DNA of 64,000 nucleotides from an uncultured Eubacteriales bacterium (GTDB lineage Bacteria; Bacillota; Clostridia; TANB77; CAG-508): NCBI GenBank assembly GCA_905203305.1, contig CAJKVH010000003.1, positions 20,240 to 84,239 of the forward strand, read 5' to 3'. Shown piece by piece: positions 1 to 11,014 of this stretch (position 1 is its first letter; each line of letters starts with the position of its first letter). The notes under the pieces were generated by a model. It saw only the letters and a program-made list of their open reading frames with translations, ran no database searches and was not told where the DNA came from. The position numbers and the translations under genes were made by a program.

Positions 1-1326
1 TTAGATGTAGAAAGTGCAAAAATTGAAACAGCTTCTGGAGAAGAAGATATATTAAATGAAGTTTCATATAATAGCTTAGTAAAGAAAGACCAAACGATTA
101 ATCCAGGTGAAACAATAAAAATTAATGTAGTAGGAACAGTTGATGCATTAAATACAGAATCTATAACAAATAATTTAAATGTATTTGATCAAGAAAATGG
201 TAGAACAGAAGATAATAACTTAACAATTTCTGTTAATAAAACAGAAGATCCTATAGATGTACCAGAAGATAATAACCAAGATGATAATAATGGAGATAAT
301 AATAATTCTGGAGACAATAACAACAATAGTGGTGAAAATGATAATAGTCAAGATGATGATATCAAATACACAATTTCAGGTACTGCATGGTTAGATGCAG
401 ATAAAGACGGAAGAAGATCAAGTCAAGAAGAATTAAAAGGAGATATTGAAGTTATTGCAATAAATGCAGAAACAGGAGATGTAGTTACAACTTCAAAAAC
501 TGCTTCAGATGGTACATACAAATTAGAAGTATCAAAAGGAAAATATATAGTAGTATTTAAATATGATACTAACTTATATTCAACAACAACATATCAAGTA
601 AAAGGATCAAATGATACAGAAAACTCAGATGCAATATCAAGAGAAGTTACTGTAAATGGAGAAAAAATAACAGCAGGAACAACAGACACATTAACAGTTG
701 ACAAAAATATATCAAACATAGATATTGGTTTAATATTAAGAAGTACATTTGACTTAAAATTACAAAAATATGTAAGTAAAATAACAGTTAAAAATGATTC
801 AAAAACTACAAACTATGATCAAAAAGAAAATACAACACTTGCAAAAGCAGAAATAAAATCTAAAAACTTAAATGGATCATTAGTAGTAATAGAATACAAA
901 ATTAAAGTTACAAACACAGGTGATGTAGCAGGATATGCAAGAAACATAGTAGACTATATGCCATCAACATTAAACTTTAACTCAAGCTTAAATTCAGACT
1001 GGTATATATCTGGAAACAATGTATATAACACAAGCTTAGCAAACACAAAAATAGAACCAGGGGAATCAAAAGAATTAACATTAGTATTAACAAAGACAAT
1101 GACAGATTCAAATACAGGTTTAGTAAACAACAAAGCAGAAATAACAGAAAGTTCAAATGAATTAGGAATTAAAGATGAAACAAACGATAAAGGTTCAGCT
1201 GATGTAATCATAAGTGTAAGCACAGGAGCATTAGTAAATTACGTTGCAACAACAGTAATTACATTAATTGTATTAGCAGGACTTGCATATATCGTAAACA
1301 AAAAATTCTTAAGTAAGAAAATATAA
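1..1326 (+). CDS. C-terminal part of a large cell-surface protein: Pro/Asp/Asn-rich linker, SdrD-B/Cna-B-like domain, DUF11-like domain, SVSTG motif, hydrophobic anchor and basic tail. The 5' end lies outside the window.
   Basis: Frame 1 is open from position 1 to the TAA at 1324-1326. Residues from about 120 onward (YTISGTAWLDADKDG...ADVIISVSTGALV...KKI) are about 60% identical to the C-terminus of the 5975..10999 protein. The next gene starts 16 bp downstream. Confidence 0.85.
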   Translation, partial: LDVESAKIETASGEEDILNEVSYNSLVKKDQTINPGETIKINVVGTVDALNTESITNNLNVFDQENGRTEDNNLTISVNKTEDPIDVPEDNNQDDNNGDNNNSGDNNNNSGENDNSQDDDIKYTISGTAWLDADKDGRRSSQEELKGDIEVIAINAETGDVVTTSKTASDGTYKLEVSKGKYIVVFKYDTNLYSTTTYQVKGSNDTENSDAISREVTVNGEKITAGTTDTLTVDKNISNIDIGLILRSTFDLKLQKYVSKITVKNDSKTTNYDQKENTTLAKAEIKSKNLNGSLVVIEYKIKVTNTGDVAGYARNIVDYMPSTLNFNSSLNSDWYISGNNVYNTSLANTKIEPGESKELTLVLTKTMTDSNTGLVNNKAEITESSNELGIKDETNDKGSADVIISVSTGALVNYVATTVITLIVLAGLAYIVNKKFLSKKI

Positions 1327-1342
1327 GATGGAGGTGAATTAA

Positions 1343-4300
1343 ATGATAAAAAAATATAAAAATAATATTTTAAGTACAATATTTAGTATTGTTATTTTGG
1401 CTGTAACATTTATATTGATTGGTCATGTATATTCATATAATCCATCTCAAGGTCAATTTTTAACAGATAAAGCATCAAGCTTATTAGGTCAATCATTAGA
1501 TATGAGTACAGGTTCATTCTGGGACCAATTAGACAAGTCAGGAAAATTAACATGTTTCTGGCATAAAGAAACAGGAACAGGAATGAATAACTCAATACAC
1601 TCTGTATTTGATACAGGTTTTGATGAAACAAAAGGTGTTATGAGAGTATATTCAATTATAAATGATGGAAACAAAACACAAAAAACAACTTATGCAAATG
1701 GAAGTAATACAACAGTTGGTAAACTAGCAGCAGAAGCATCAAGAGATCACAATGCTTTTAATGTACAAAAAGCATTATATCAAGCAATAAAAGCTGGAAC
1801 AGTTGTAAATGAATCAGCAATTGTAAATGAGATGGACTGGAAAGATCCAAATACAACTGTTGAAAATCCAGCAAGTCAAACAACAATAAATGAATACAAT
1901 AACTATCAAAAAATAAAAGATGCATTACCTTCAGGAACAAAAACTGAAGAGAAAGAAAAAGAAGTTACAATAAATAATAAAGAATACACAATAATGGGTC
2001 CATTTAAAGTTACATTTGGATTAAAAGGAATAAACAAAATAACTGCAGCAAATGCAACATGGACAAACTCATCAAAAAATGAAATTTATTGGTCAACTTC
2101 TACATCAGAAGAAGCAAAAGATTGGTCAAATGAATTTAATGGTGCTACATCAGGTAAATTTAATTTAAGTAATAAACAATTTTACTTAGCTGTTGAAACA
2201 GAAAAATTACCAGATGACGGAAATTACACAGTAAAAATTACACAAGATTCATTTAGTTACTACAATGCAAGAATTGCAGTATGTGTAGGAGCTAGAAGCC
2301 AACAAACAGGTTTATATGTATATGACAATTCACCACATACTGTAAATGGAGAAGTTTCATGGACATTAAAGAGAAAATCAATCGCATCTATGACAATTGT
2401 TAAAAAAGATAAAACAAAAGGAATAGAACTTGCAGGTGGAAAATTCAAAATCTATGCAGTACTAAAAAACGGTAAAGGACAAGGATGGGTTTCAGGAGAT
2501 GCAAATGGATCAAAAACTTATGGTAATACAGCTACAGAATATCCATCATTAACAAAAATTGAAAAATTAAAATATGGAACATATTATATATATGAAACAG
2601 AAGCACCAGAAGGATATGACATAACAAAACAAGATGGATATCATAAAGCGGCAGTTGGTTCAGATTCACTTACAGGAGACTGGGTATACCTAGGCTCACA
2701 AGAATTAAAGAGTGGAGCTCCTAAAGATGGATTTAAATTCGAAGCAGAAAATAAAAAGATTGTTGACGAATTAGAAGGATATGTTTGGGTAGATGAACCA
2801 GATACAAAAGCAAATGCAACAGATAATATCTACAATAAAGATAGTAAAGACTTCTTAAAAGAAGGAATTACAACAAACTTACGTGATGGAAATGGAAACT
2901 TACTTGCAACAACCAAAACAGATGCTACAGGACACTATGCATTTAAAACAAAAAATGCACCATCATATACAGGTGAAGATAAAAATATCTATTATTGGGA
3001 CTTAGCAGATGCTTATGTAGAATTTGAGTATAACAATAAAACAACATACAATGATGATGGAACTGTAAAAGATTATGGATATGTAGTTGTAAATCCATTT
3101 ACAGGAACAGATGCAAAAGTTAACTCAAAAGCACAAGAATACACAGTAACAAAGGAAAAATTAAATGATAATAATCTAACAGGAGTTGATGGAGCAAATC
3201 CTGGTAGAGCAATAACAAATAAAGATGCAGGAATTTCAGATGCAAAACAATTAGTTGCTAAAAACAAAGAAATATATGAAAAGATTAAAAATAATACAGC
3301 ATCAGAAAGTGACTTAAATAATGTACCACTTGCTTGTTATTATGATAGTAAAACATATAAAGTAACAGATATAAACCTTGGATTATTAGAACAATATGAT
3401 CCAGATTATAGTGTTGATGAAACACTAGCATACATTAAAGTTAGAATGAAAGGATATACATACACATATAAATATGGAGATGCAGCAGTAACAACATCAA
3501 CAAATGTTCCAACAGTAAATGAACAAAACTCTGCAAAAACATTTACAGGAAAAATTTATCCAACAGATATTGCTTATAACACAGCAACTGGAACAGATGA
3601 ATTAAAAGTATATGTAGTATACAGTATAGACGTTAAAAACTTAGAAACAATGTATGTAGACAATGTTTACACAGAACAAAGATTATATCTAGATTCATTA
3701 GTAAACGCTTATGATACAAATAGATATGAATTATGTAACAATGAAAATAATTCAGACAAATCAGACTTTGCATTATGGCACGATTTAGGAGATGGAAAAG
3801 CAAGCTATGATGTAAATAATGAAAACAGTGTATACAAAAACGGTATGGCAAAACAAGAAACAAAGACGTCTTATATTCAATATAGAATAAAAGATGAAGC
3901 ATTAAAGAAAATACTAGAAAAAAGCTTAACTTATGAAGATATTGAAAATGCACCAACAATTGCAACAGCAAGCGGATATCATGAATATCTAAGAACTGAT
4001 AATGCATGGGTACATAACAAAGATGTAAGAGCTTTTGATGGAGTAAAAGGATTAAATGTTTATCCAACAGTAAATGGAGATCAAAAGAAATACTATGTTC
4101 ATAAGTCAATTAGCAAAACACGTTCATCAGCAGACTTATACTTAAAATTATCACTAGGAGATTCTAGAAAGCTTTCAGGAACAGTATTTGAAGATACTAG
4201 AACAGAAGAAAGCAATGCTGACAATACAAATCTTGGAAATGGTATAATAGATAGTAATGAATCAAATAGAGCACAAAAAGTTACAGTAGAATTACTAGAT

Positions 4301-5722
4301 TCAGATAAACAAACAGTATCAAAATTATATCAAGAAAAAGATGGAAAAGTAGTATACAAAGAAGATGGTACTTTACCAGATGCTAAGATGGAAACAGTAG
4401 AAGGTGGAACATACGAATTTGATGGTGTTACTCCTGGATATTATTACATAAGATTTACTTATGGTGATGGTTCACAAAAAATGATGCCAGCAGGAACAGA
4501 TATAAAATCAAATGATTATAAATCTACAATAATCAATACTGAAGCAAATGGAGCTGGAGATACAATTAAAAATGCAATGGAAGTAAGTGAAGAAGAATTA
4601 AAATCAGCACAAGCTACATTACCAGCAAATCAAACAGAAGCTCAAAAGAAAATAGTAGAATGGTATAAATACTTAAATAACAGCAATTATTCAACTGCAG
4701 TTGATAATTTAGAACAAAGATCAGAAGCAGATAAATATGAATACAAAGATGATGGAAAAGTATATGATGAATCAGGAAATGAAGTTCAAGGATATCCAAA
4801 GAACATAAATGCATATACACCAATTTCAAGTATCTCAATAGAAAATGATATAAATACATCTACAGACGAAGGAGATGCACATAAATCAAAATATGAAGGA
4901 TTTAACTTTGGTTTAATCGAAGCACCTGATACAGAAATTACATTAGACAAAATGATAACAAATGTTAAATTTACAACTCAAACAGGTACAACACTAGTAT
5001 CAGCTAACCCAACAGATAAATCAGCTGAATATATAACAGCATTAGATAAGATTACTGGTGGAAGTAAATATGCAAAAATGGAAATGGAACAAAACTTAAT
5101 TTATGGTTCAGAACTTGCTACAACTTATGAAATTACAGTTAAAAATAATTCAACAAAGGATTATATAGAAGATGAAGGATCAAACGAATATGGATATTAT
5201 TACTACTATGGTGAAAAAACAGAAACTTCTAAATTAAAAACTGTAAAAGTAAATGAAGTAGTAGATGAATTAGATAAGAAATACAATTATGATTCTAAAC
5301 AAGAAACTGCTACATCAAGCGTAAGACACGCAGATGGAAATACTGAAAGTACAGAAATATCAATAACAAAGAATAATCCAGATGGAAGTATAGAAACACA
5401 AAATAGTTTATCAATGAAAGGTTGGAAAGAAATCGAAAGTGGAGCTACAGAAACAATGAGTTACACAGTAACATCATTATTATCAAATGATAATGATACA
5501 GGATATACAAATAAAGCTAGAATAACATCATTATCTCTTGATAAATTAAGCACATTAAAGAGCAACTTTAATTGGGAATTAACTAAAGACACAACAACAT
5601 TAACAATTACACCACCAACAGGTAGTGATAGAAGTGCAACATATTGGATTGCAGGAGCTTTAGGATTATTAGTATTAGCAGCAGGAATTGTATTCTTAAA
5701 GAAAAAAGTGTTAAATAAATAA
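1343..5722 (+). CDS. Giant surface adhesin/pilin-like protein, 1459 aa. It has an N-terminal signal-anchor, several Cna-B/SpaA-type domains (motif YGTYYIYETEAPEGYDI) and a C-terminal TPPTG motif followed by a TM segment and KKK tail.
   Basis: Long ORF with RBS GATGGAGGTGA 6 nt upstream of the ATG. It is a paralogue of the 11015..16156 protein; shared blocks include YGTYY(I/A)YETxAPxGY, GYHK, WVYLGS, VWVDEPDTK..NxTDxIYN, LNDNNLTG, YT(Y/F)TY(K/R)YGD and ITPPTG. Confidence 0.9.
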   Translation: MIKKYKNNILSTIFSIVILAVTFILIGHVYSYNPSQGQFLTDKASSLLGQSLDMSTGSFWDQLDKSGKLTCFWHKETGTGMNNSIHSVFDTGFDETKGVMRVYSIINDGNKTQKTTYANGSNTTVGKLAAEASRDHNAFNVQKALYQAIKAGTVVNESAIVNEMDWKDPNTTVENPASQTTINEYNNYQKIKDALPSGTKTEEKEKEVTINNKEYTIMGPFKVTFGLKGINKITAANATWTNSSKNEIYWSTSTSEEAKDWSNEFNGATSGKFNLSNKQFYLAVETEKLPDDGNYTVKITQDSFSYYNARIAVCVGARSQQTGLYVYDNSPHTVNGEVSWTLKRKSIASMTIVKKDKTKGIELAGGKFKIYAVLKNGKGQGWVSGDANGSKTYGNTATEYPSLTKIEKLKYGTYYIYETEAPEGYDITKQDGYHKAAVGSDSLTGDWVYLGSQELKSGAPKDGFKFEAENKKIVDELEGYVWVDEPDTKANATDNIYNKDSKDFLKEGITTNLRDGNGNLLATTKTDATGHYAFKTKNAPSYTGEDKNIYYWDLADAYVEFEYNNKTTYNDDGTVKDYGYVVVNPFTGTDAKVNSKAQEYTVTKEKLNDNNLTGVDGANPGRAITNKDAGISDAKQLVAKNKEIYEKIKNNTASESDLNNVPLACYYDSKTYKVTDINLGLLEQYDPDYSVDETLAYIKVRMKGYTYTYKYGDAAVTTSTNVPTVNEQNSAKTFTGKIYPTDIAYNTATGTDELKVYVVYSIDVKNLETMYVDNVYTEQRLYLDSLVNAYDTNRYELCNNENNSDKSDFALWHDLGDGKASYDVNNENSVYKNGMAKQETKTSYIQYRIKDEALKKILEKSLTYEDIENAPTIATASGYHEYLRTDNAWVHNKDVRAFDGVKGLNVYPTVNGDQKKYYVHKSISKTRSSADLYLKLSLGDSRKLSGTVFEDTRTEESNADNTNLGNGIIDSNESNRAQKVTVELLDSDKQTVSKLYQEKDGKVVYKEDGTLPDAKMETVEGGTYEFDGVTPGYYYIRFTYGDGSQKMMPAGTDIKSNDYKSTIINTEANGAGDTIKNAMEVSEEELKSAQATLPANQTEAQKKIVEWYKYLNNSNYSTAVDNLEQRSEADKYEYKDDGKVYDESGNEVQGYPKNINAYTPISSISIENDINTSTDEGDAHKSKYEGFNFGLIEAPDTEITLDKMITNVKFTTQTGTTLVSANPTDKSAEYITALDKITGGSKYAKMEMEQNLIYGSELATTYEITVKNNSTKDYIEDEGSNEYGYYYYYGEKTETSKLKTVKVNEVVDELDKKYNYDSKQETATSSVRHADGNTESTEISITKNNPDGSIETQNSLSMKGWKEIESGATETMSYTVTSLLSNDNDTGYTNKARITSLSLDKLSTLKSNFNWELTKDTTTLTITPPTGSDRSATYWIAGALGLLVLAAGIVFLKKKVLNK

Positions 5723-5742
5723 CATAAATAAAACTATAAAAA

Positions 5743-5775
5743 ACGGTATTCCGTAAGGAATATCGTTTTTTTTTT
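5743..5775 (+). terminator. Rho-independent terminator
   Basis: A 10-bp stem (ACGGTATTCC / GGAATATCGT) with loop GTAA, followed by a T10 run. Confidence 0.8.
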
Positions 5776-5974
5776 ATATTTAATTTTTTTTAGTAACAAA
5801 AATGTAATAAAAATTTAAATAAATTTAGGTAAAAATAGCCTAAAGTATTATCCGTAGTGAGTTTAAAGATTTTTTTTGTAATAATAAAATTCACAAAAAA
5901 AACACATATTGAAATAAATAAAAAAAGATGTAAAAATATATAAGACAATTAGTTTGGAAGGGAGAAAATGTATA

Positions 5975-8900
5975 ATGTTAAAAGCAAAGAAAAAATTAGA
6001 TGCAATAATTGCAATAGAAATAATAATTACAATGACATTATATTATTTCGTTTTTGTTGGAATGACAGCAGTAACATATGCTATAGATGTAGTAAAAACG
6101 AATCATGCAAATGTAGAATATGAAGCATATTTCGAAAATGAAAAAGGAGAGAAGCTAGAGAAAATAGAAGACAATATAGATAAAGAAGAATATCTATATG
6201 TAGACGTAACAGTAAAAAATGAAGGATACTTCAATGGAGAAATAAGCTTAGAGAACAACAATTTCAACATAAAAGAAGACAAACTAAGTGAAGAAGTAGA
6301 AGAAATAAAAGACAACAAAGTAAAATTAAAACAAATAAATGCAGGAAGCACTTCTACAATAAAACTAGCAATAGAAGCAAAAAAGGATAGCAAAATAAAA
6401 GAAGAAAGCTTAAGTAGTAAAACAGAAGTAAACTTAGGTGGAAGCTATGTAAACAGTAAAAATGTTGAAAAAGAAAAATACATAGAAATAAAAGGAAAAG
6501 CAGAAGTAGAAGTAAAATGGACATCAAAAGAAGACACAAAAGTAGAACTAGAAGGAAAGCTATTAACAAATTCTGTATATGAAGTAAATGGAGAAAATAA
6601 AAGATTAGTACAAATGGTAATAGGAAGTAAAGTAACAGACAATAATTATCCAGTAAAAAATACAGAGATAAGTTTAAATGTGCCAGAAAAAGTAAAAGAA
6701 GTAAAAGTAACAGCAAGAAGTGTAAAAGGAACAAATAGTGGATTAGAGTTTGGAGAAGGAAACTATGAGTACCAAAAAGAAGAAAACAAATTAACAATAA
6801 AAGTAGGAAATGAAGACAAAGAAAACGTAAGTTGGGAAAAAGGAGTAGAAGATACATTTGTAGTAACATATGTATTAAATCCAAACGAAAATATAGCAAA
6901 TGAAGACATAAAAATAAAAGATAAAATAAAACTATATGATGAAAAAGAAATAGAAGAAGAAAAAGATGTTCATATTGAAGAAGAAATAGATGGAGTAATA
7001 TCAAGTACAATAGAAAGTAGTGAGGATGAAATCTATAAAGGAAAGATATATACAGGAGAAGAAAGAAGCTATACAGAAACAAATAAAATAAATGTAGATT
7101 ATATAGAAGCAGGAGACAAAATAGAAATAGAACAAAAAGCAGGAAAATATGTAGCAGGAGAAGAAGAAAAAGAAGCAAATATAATCTATAGAGAGACAAG
7201 AATAAACAAAGAAGAAATGAAAAAGATCTTAGGAGAAGAAGGAAGCATAATAGTAAAAGATCAAAATGGAGAGATGGTAGCAGAAATAAATAAAGACAGC
7301 GAAACAAACGAAGAAGGAAAAGTAGTAATAACATATCCAGAAGACGAAAAAGAAATAAAACTAGAAACAAGTAAACCAGAAAATATAGGAACATTAAATA
7401 TAGAAAACACAAAAGTAATAAAAGATGCAGGATATGGAAGAGACGAAATAAAAAATATAACAAAAATAAGAGAAAAAACAACAGTAAATACAAAAGTAGC
7501 AGAAAAAGAAATAAACTTAAAAGAAACAGAAACAGAAGGAAAAATAGACATAGATACAAACAAAATATCAACAGTAGCAGAAAATCAAACAATAACAGTA
7601 AATGCAACATTAGAAGCAAATGATGAAAGTAAAAACTTATATAAAAATCCAACAGTAACAGTAAAATTACCAAAAGAAATGACATTAAAAACAGCACAAT
7701 ATGCAGCATTATATAAAAACGGATTAGAAGTAGAAGATGTAAGATCAAGTAAAAACGAGAATGGAGAGAATGAAATAAACATCAAATTAAAAGGAGAGCA
7801 AGAAAAATACGACGTAACAGGAGGAACAAAAATCTGCTTAAAATTAGATGTAGCAACAAACAAATTAACACCAAGTAAGAAAAGTCAAATAGATATGACA
7901 TATACAAACGAAAATGGAAGTGAAGTAAAAACAACATCAGCAGACATAAACTTCGAATCTCAATACGGTTTAATGTTATATAACAGATTAATAGACTTTA
8001 ACAATAATGAAAAAGTAGAAACAATAGATCAAGAAACTAAAAAAGGATTCTTGGAAATGAATTCAAATGAAAAAGAAGCAAAATTACAAACAGCATTAAT
8101 AAATAACTATGATGAAGAAATAAAAAATGTTGTTTTAATAGGAAAATTACCAGCAAAAGATGAAAACAATACATTTAAAATTGGCATTAAAAATATAGGA
8201 ACAAATAAAGAAAATGCAAAAGTATATTATTCAAATAAAACAGATGTATCAGCTGATGATGAAAGTTGGGGAGAAGCAAATCAAGAAGCATCTAGTTATA
8301 AAATTGAAATAGATTCAATAAAGCCAGAAGAAATAGTTGCTATAAGCACAGATATTATTATACCTGAAAATTTAAAATCGGATGAAAATGGGATTATTTT
8401 ATCTGATGTAAAATATAACTTAAAAGAAACAGAACAAAATAATAGTTCACAAATTGTTTTAACAACAGGAAGTACAGCCGTAAAATCTGAAACAACAGTT
8501 GATAAAAATATAATAAATGCTCAGTCAGAAGAAGGAATAGTTGTAAATATAGCAGCATCACAAGCAAATAATGTGTTAGCAGATAAAGACAGCATAAGAG
8601 AAGGAGAAACAATAAAATATAACATAAAAGTTACAAACAATACTGGAAAAGATTATTCAAATGTTAAAGTAAGAGCAACTCAAAAAAATGGTAATGTATG
8701 GGATTATGTAGAAAAAACAGATCAAAAACATACTGATGCAACAAATTTTGAAGAAGTAAAAAGAAAGTACTATGAAATTACAAGTTCAAATGAAATAGCT
8801 TTAGGAAATATTGAAAGTTTGAAAAATGGCGAAAGTTATGAATTTGAATATAAATCATCAACATATCTATTAAGTAATGAAAAAATAGATGGAAATGAAA

Positions 8901-10999
8901 CTTATGGAAATATTTTAATTTCTACAGAAGATGGAACTTTAAATGAAAATTTTGTAACAACAAAAAATGAAATTCAATCTGCAAAACTACAAGTAGATAT
9001 AAAAAATTCTAAAAGTGAAGAATATATTTGGTATGAAAATGGTAGTTATTCAGCAACAATGAATGTAAGAAATATTAGTAGTGAATCTTTAAATAACATT
9101 CAAGCAGAAATGACATTAAGTAAAGAACTAAGTGACAGCATTGATTTAGATAATTATAATTTTAATTATATGGCATCAGTAGTAAATGAAAACGAAGAAG
9201 ATGATGATGACAGTAGAGACAACTTAGAAGGTATAGAATTTACTAAAATTGAGAAAAAAGAAACAGGAGAAGCTGTTATAAAATTTAATATATCTAGTTT
9301 GAAAGCTGGGGAAAGCAAAAATATTGCATTTATGCTATCAGCTTCAAATATTGATACAGAAACAAAAGCAGAATATATACTTGCAACATTAATAACAGAA
9401 GATAATCAAAACTATACTTCAAAATTTGAAAGAGATGTATATAAAAATCATAGAGATTTAAAAATAAGTTTAACAGGAACATCTAATGGAAATGATGTAA
9501 CAGAAGATTCAAAATTAAACAATGAAGATGAAGTTAAGTTTTTAGCAACAATAGAAAATAAAGATACAAAAAAATCAACAATGCAAATAATATACAGCCT
9601 AGATACAACTTTAGATATAAAAAATGCAAGTATAAATAATTCTAATGACGTTATTTCAGATTTCTCAAATAATACATTAGAATTAAGAGATATAGAATTA
9701 GAGCCAGGACAAAAAATGGAGATTGAAGTAACAGCTGCAGTTAATGGATTTGATACAGATAAAACCGAAAGCACAATATCTGCGTATGATAATGGAACAG
9801 CAACAAATGTGACAGCTAATTTATCATTTGGAGTAAATAGGGTTGAACCAGAAGATCCAGAAGAACCAAATCCAGATAACCCAGATCCCGATAATCCTGA
9901 TCCAGACAATCCAGAACCTGATAATCCAGATGATACAAACAACACAAATACAAGCAATACAACTCAAAACAATACTGGATCAAACACAAATGGTAATAAT
10001 AATGGAAACAATTCAGGAAAACAAAATACAGATGAAAATAAAAAATATGTTGTTAAAGGAACAGCTTGGTTAGATGAAAATAAAGATGGTAAAAAATCAT
10101 CTAATGAAAAGAAAATAGCAAAAGTGCAAGTTAGTGCAATAAATACTATAAATAATCAAGTATCAGATACAGTATCTACTGACTCAAATGGTGAATACAG
10201 CTTAAAATTATCAAAAGGAAAATATATATTTATATTTAAATATGATAATAGCTTATATAAAGCAACAACATATAAAGTAAAAGGTGCAAGCGAAGAGGAA
10301 TGCTCTTATGTAGTAGAAGGAGAATATACATTAAACGGACAAAAAGTAACAGGTGGAGCAACAGATGAAATAACATTAGATGGAGATTTATCAAATTTAA
10401 ATATTGGATTGATCTCAAAAAATACATTTGATTTACAAATACAAAAAAGTGTAAATAAAATAATTGTTAAAAACAGTGCAGGAACAAAAACTTATGAGCA
10501 AAAAGATGGAACACAGCTTGCAAAAGCAGAAATAAAATCTAAATATTTAAAAGATTCTTTGGTTATAATTGAATATAAAATGAAAATTACAAATGCCGGA
10601 GATGTAGCAGGATATGCAAAAAATATTGAAGACAATTTACCTGCAACATTAACATTTAGTTCAGAAATGAACAAAGATTGGTATAAATCTGGAACAAAAA
10701 TATATAACACAAGCTTAGCAAATACATTAATAAAACCAGGTGAGTCAAAAGAAGTAACATTAGTATTAACAAAAACAATGACAGAATCAAATACAGGACT
10801 TATAAACAATAAAGCTTCAATTTCTGTAAGTTCTAATGTAGATGGAATGGAAGATAAAAATAATAATGACTCACAAGCTAATGTAATTATAAGTGTAAGT
10901 ACAGGTGCACTTGTAAGTTATATAGCAGTTGTATTAGGACTATTTGGAATATTAGGAATTTCAGCTTATATGTTTGTAAGAAATGTAAAGAAAAAATAA
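5975..10999 (+). CDS. Giant surface protein, about 1674 aa. It has a signal-anchor, a long Lys/Glu-rich low-complexity region, Ig-like/DUF11 repeats, a (PDN)n linker, an SdrD-B-like domain, a DUF11 domain and a C-terminal SVSTG motif with hydrophobic anchor and KKK tail.
   Basis: ORF 5954..10999. ATG 5975 is preferred because RBS GGAAGGGAG lies upstream and the listed 5954 start is TTG. The C-terminal 320 aa match the partial protein at 1..1326. Confidence 0.88.
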   Translation: MLKAKKKLDAIIAIEIIITMTLYYFVFVGMTAVTYAIDVVKTNHANVEYEAYFENEKGEKLEKIEDNIDKEEYLYVDVTVKNEGYFNGEISLENNNFNIKEDKLSEEVEEIKDNKVKLKQINAGSTSTIKLAIEAKKDSKIKEESLSSKTEVNLGGSYVNSKNVEKEKYIEIKGKAEVEVKWTSKEDTKVELEGKLLTNSVYEVNGENKRLVQMVIGSKVTDNNYPVKNTEISLNVPEKVKEVKVTARSVKGTNSGLEFGEGNYEYQKEENKLTIKVGNEDKENVSWEKGVEDTFVVTYVLNPNENIANEDIKIKDKIKLYDEKEIEEEKDVHIEEEIDGVISSTIESSEDEIYKGKIYTGEERSYTETNKINVDYIEAGDKIEIEQKAGKYVAGEEEKEANIIYRETRINKEEMKKILGEEGSIIVKDQNGEMVAEINKDSETNEEGKVVITYPEDEKEIKLETSKPENIGTLNIENTKVIKDAGYGRDEIKNITKIREKTTVNTKVAEKEINLKETETEGKIDIDTNKISTVAENQTITVNATLEANDESKNLYKNPTVTVKLPKEMTLKTAQYAALYKNGLEVEDVRSSKNENGENEINIKLKGEQEKYDVTGGTKICLKLDVATNKLTPSKKSQIDMTYTNENGSEVKTTSADINFESQYGLMLYNRLIDFNNNEKVETIDQETKKGFLEMNSNEKEAKLQTALINNYDEEIKNVVLIGKLPAKDENNTFKIGIKNIGTNKENAKVYYSNKTDVSADDESWGEANQEASSYKIEIDSIKPEEIVAISTDIIIPENLKSDENGIILSDVKYNLKETEQNNSSQIVLTTGSTAVKSETTVDKNIINAQSEEGIVVNIAASQANNVLADKDSIREGETIKYNIKVTNNTGKDYSNVKVRATQKNGNVWDYVEKTDQKHTDATNFEEVKRKYYEITSSNEIALGNIESLKNGESYEFEYKSSTYLLSNEKIDGNETYGNILISTEDGTLNENFVTTKNEIQSAKLQVDIKNSKSEEYIWYENGSYSATMNVRNISSESLNNIQAEMTLSKELSDSIDLDNYNFNYMASVVNENEEDDDDSRDNLEGIEFTKIEKKETGEAVIKFNISSLKAGESKNIAFMLSASNIDTETKAEYILATLITEDNQNYTSKFERDVYKNHRDLKISLTGTSNGNDVTEDSKLNNEDEVKFLATIENKDTKKSTMQIIYSLDTTLDIKNASINNSNDVISDFSNNTLELRDIELEPGQKMEIEVTAAVNGFDTDKTESTISAYDNGTATNVTANLSFGVNRVEPEDPEEPNPDNPDPDNPDPDNPEPDNPDDTNNTNTSNTTQNNTGSNTNGNNNGNNSGKQNTDENKKYVVKGTAWLDENKDGKKSSNEKKIAKVQVSAINTINNQVSDTVSTDSNGEYSLKLSKGKYIFIFKYDNSLYKATTYKVKGASEEECSYVVEGEYTLNGQKVTGGATDEITLDGDLSNLNIGLISKNTFDLQIQKSVNKIIVKNSAGTKTYEQKDGTQLAKAEIKSKYLKDSLVIIEYKMKITNAGDVAGYAKNIEDNLPATLTFSSEMNKDWYKSGTKIYNTSLANTLIKPGESKEVTLVLTKTMTESNTGLINNKASISVSSNVDGMEDKNNNDSQANVIISVSTGALVSYIAVVLGLFGILGISAYMFVRNVKKK

Positions 11000-11014
11000 A
11001 GAAAGGAGAATAAA

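Noticed and set aside
3633-4109. Numerous 60-160-aa minus-strand ORFs inside the large plus-strand genes (for example 3633..4109, 34989..35414, 35779..36294)
   Set aside because: They are antisense to strongly supported conserved genes (adhesins, pcrA). They lack RBSs and encode L/F/H-rich low-complexity sequence typical of AT-rich shadow frames.
6354-7748. 464-aa minus-strand ORF made of Leu/Phe/Tyr runs
   Set aside because: It is the reverse complement of the GAA/AAA/GTA-rich Lys/Glu-repeat coding tract of the 5975..10999 surface protein. It has no RBS and is pure low complexity, so it is a shadow ORF.
9448-9957. 169-aa minus-strand ORF with SGLSGSGLSG repeats
   Set aside because: It is a shadow of the (PDN)n / Asn-Thr-Gly-rich linker on the coding strand.
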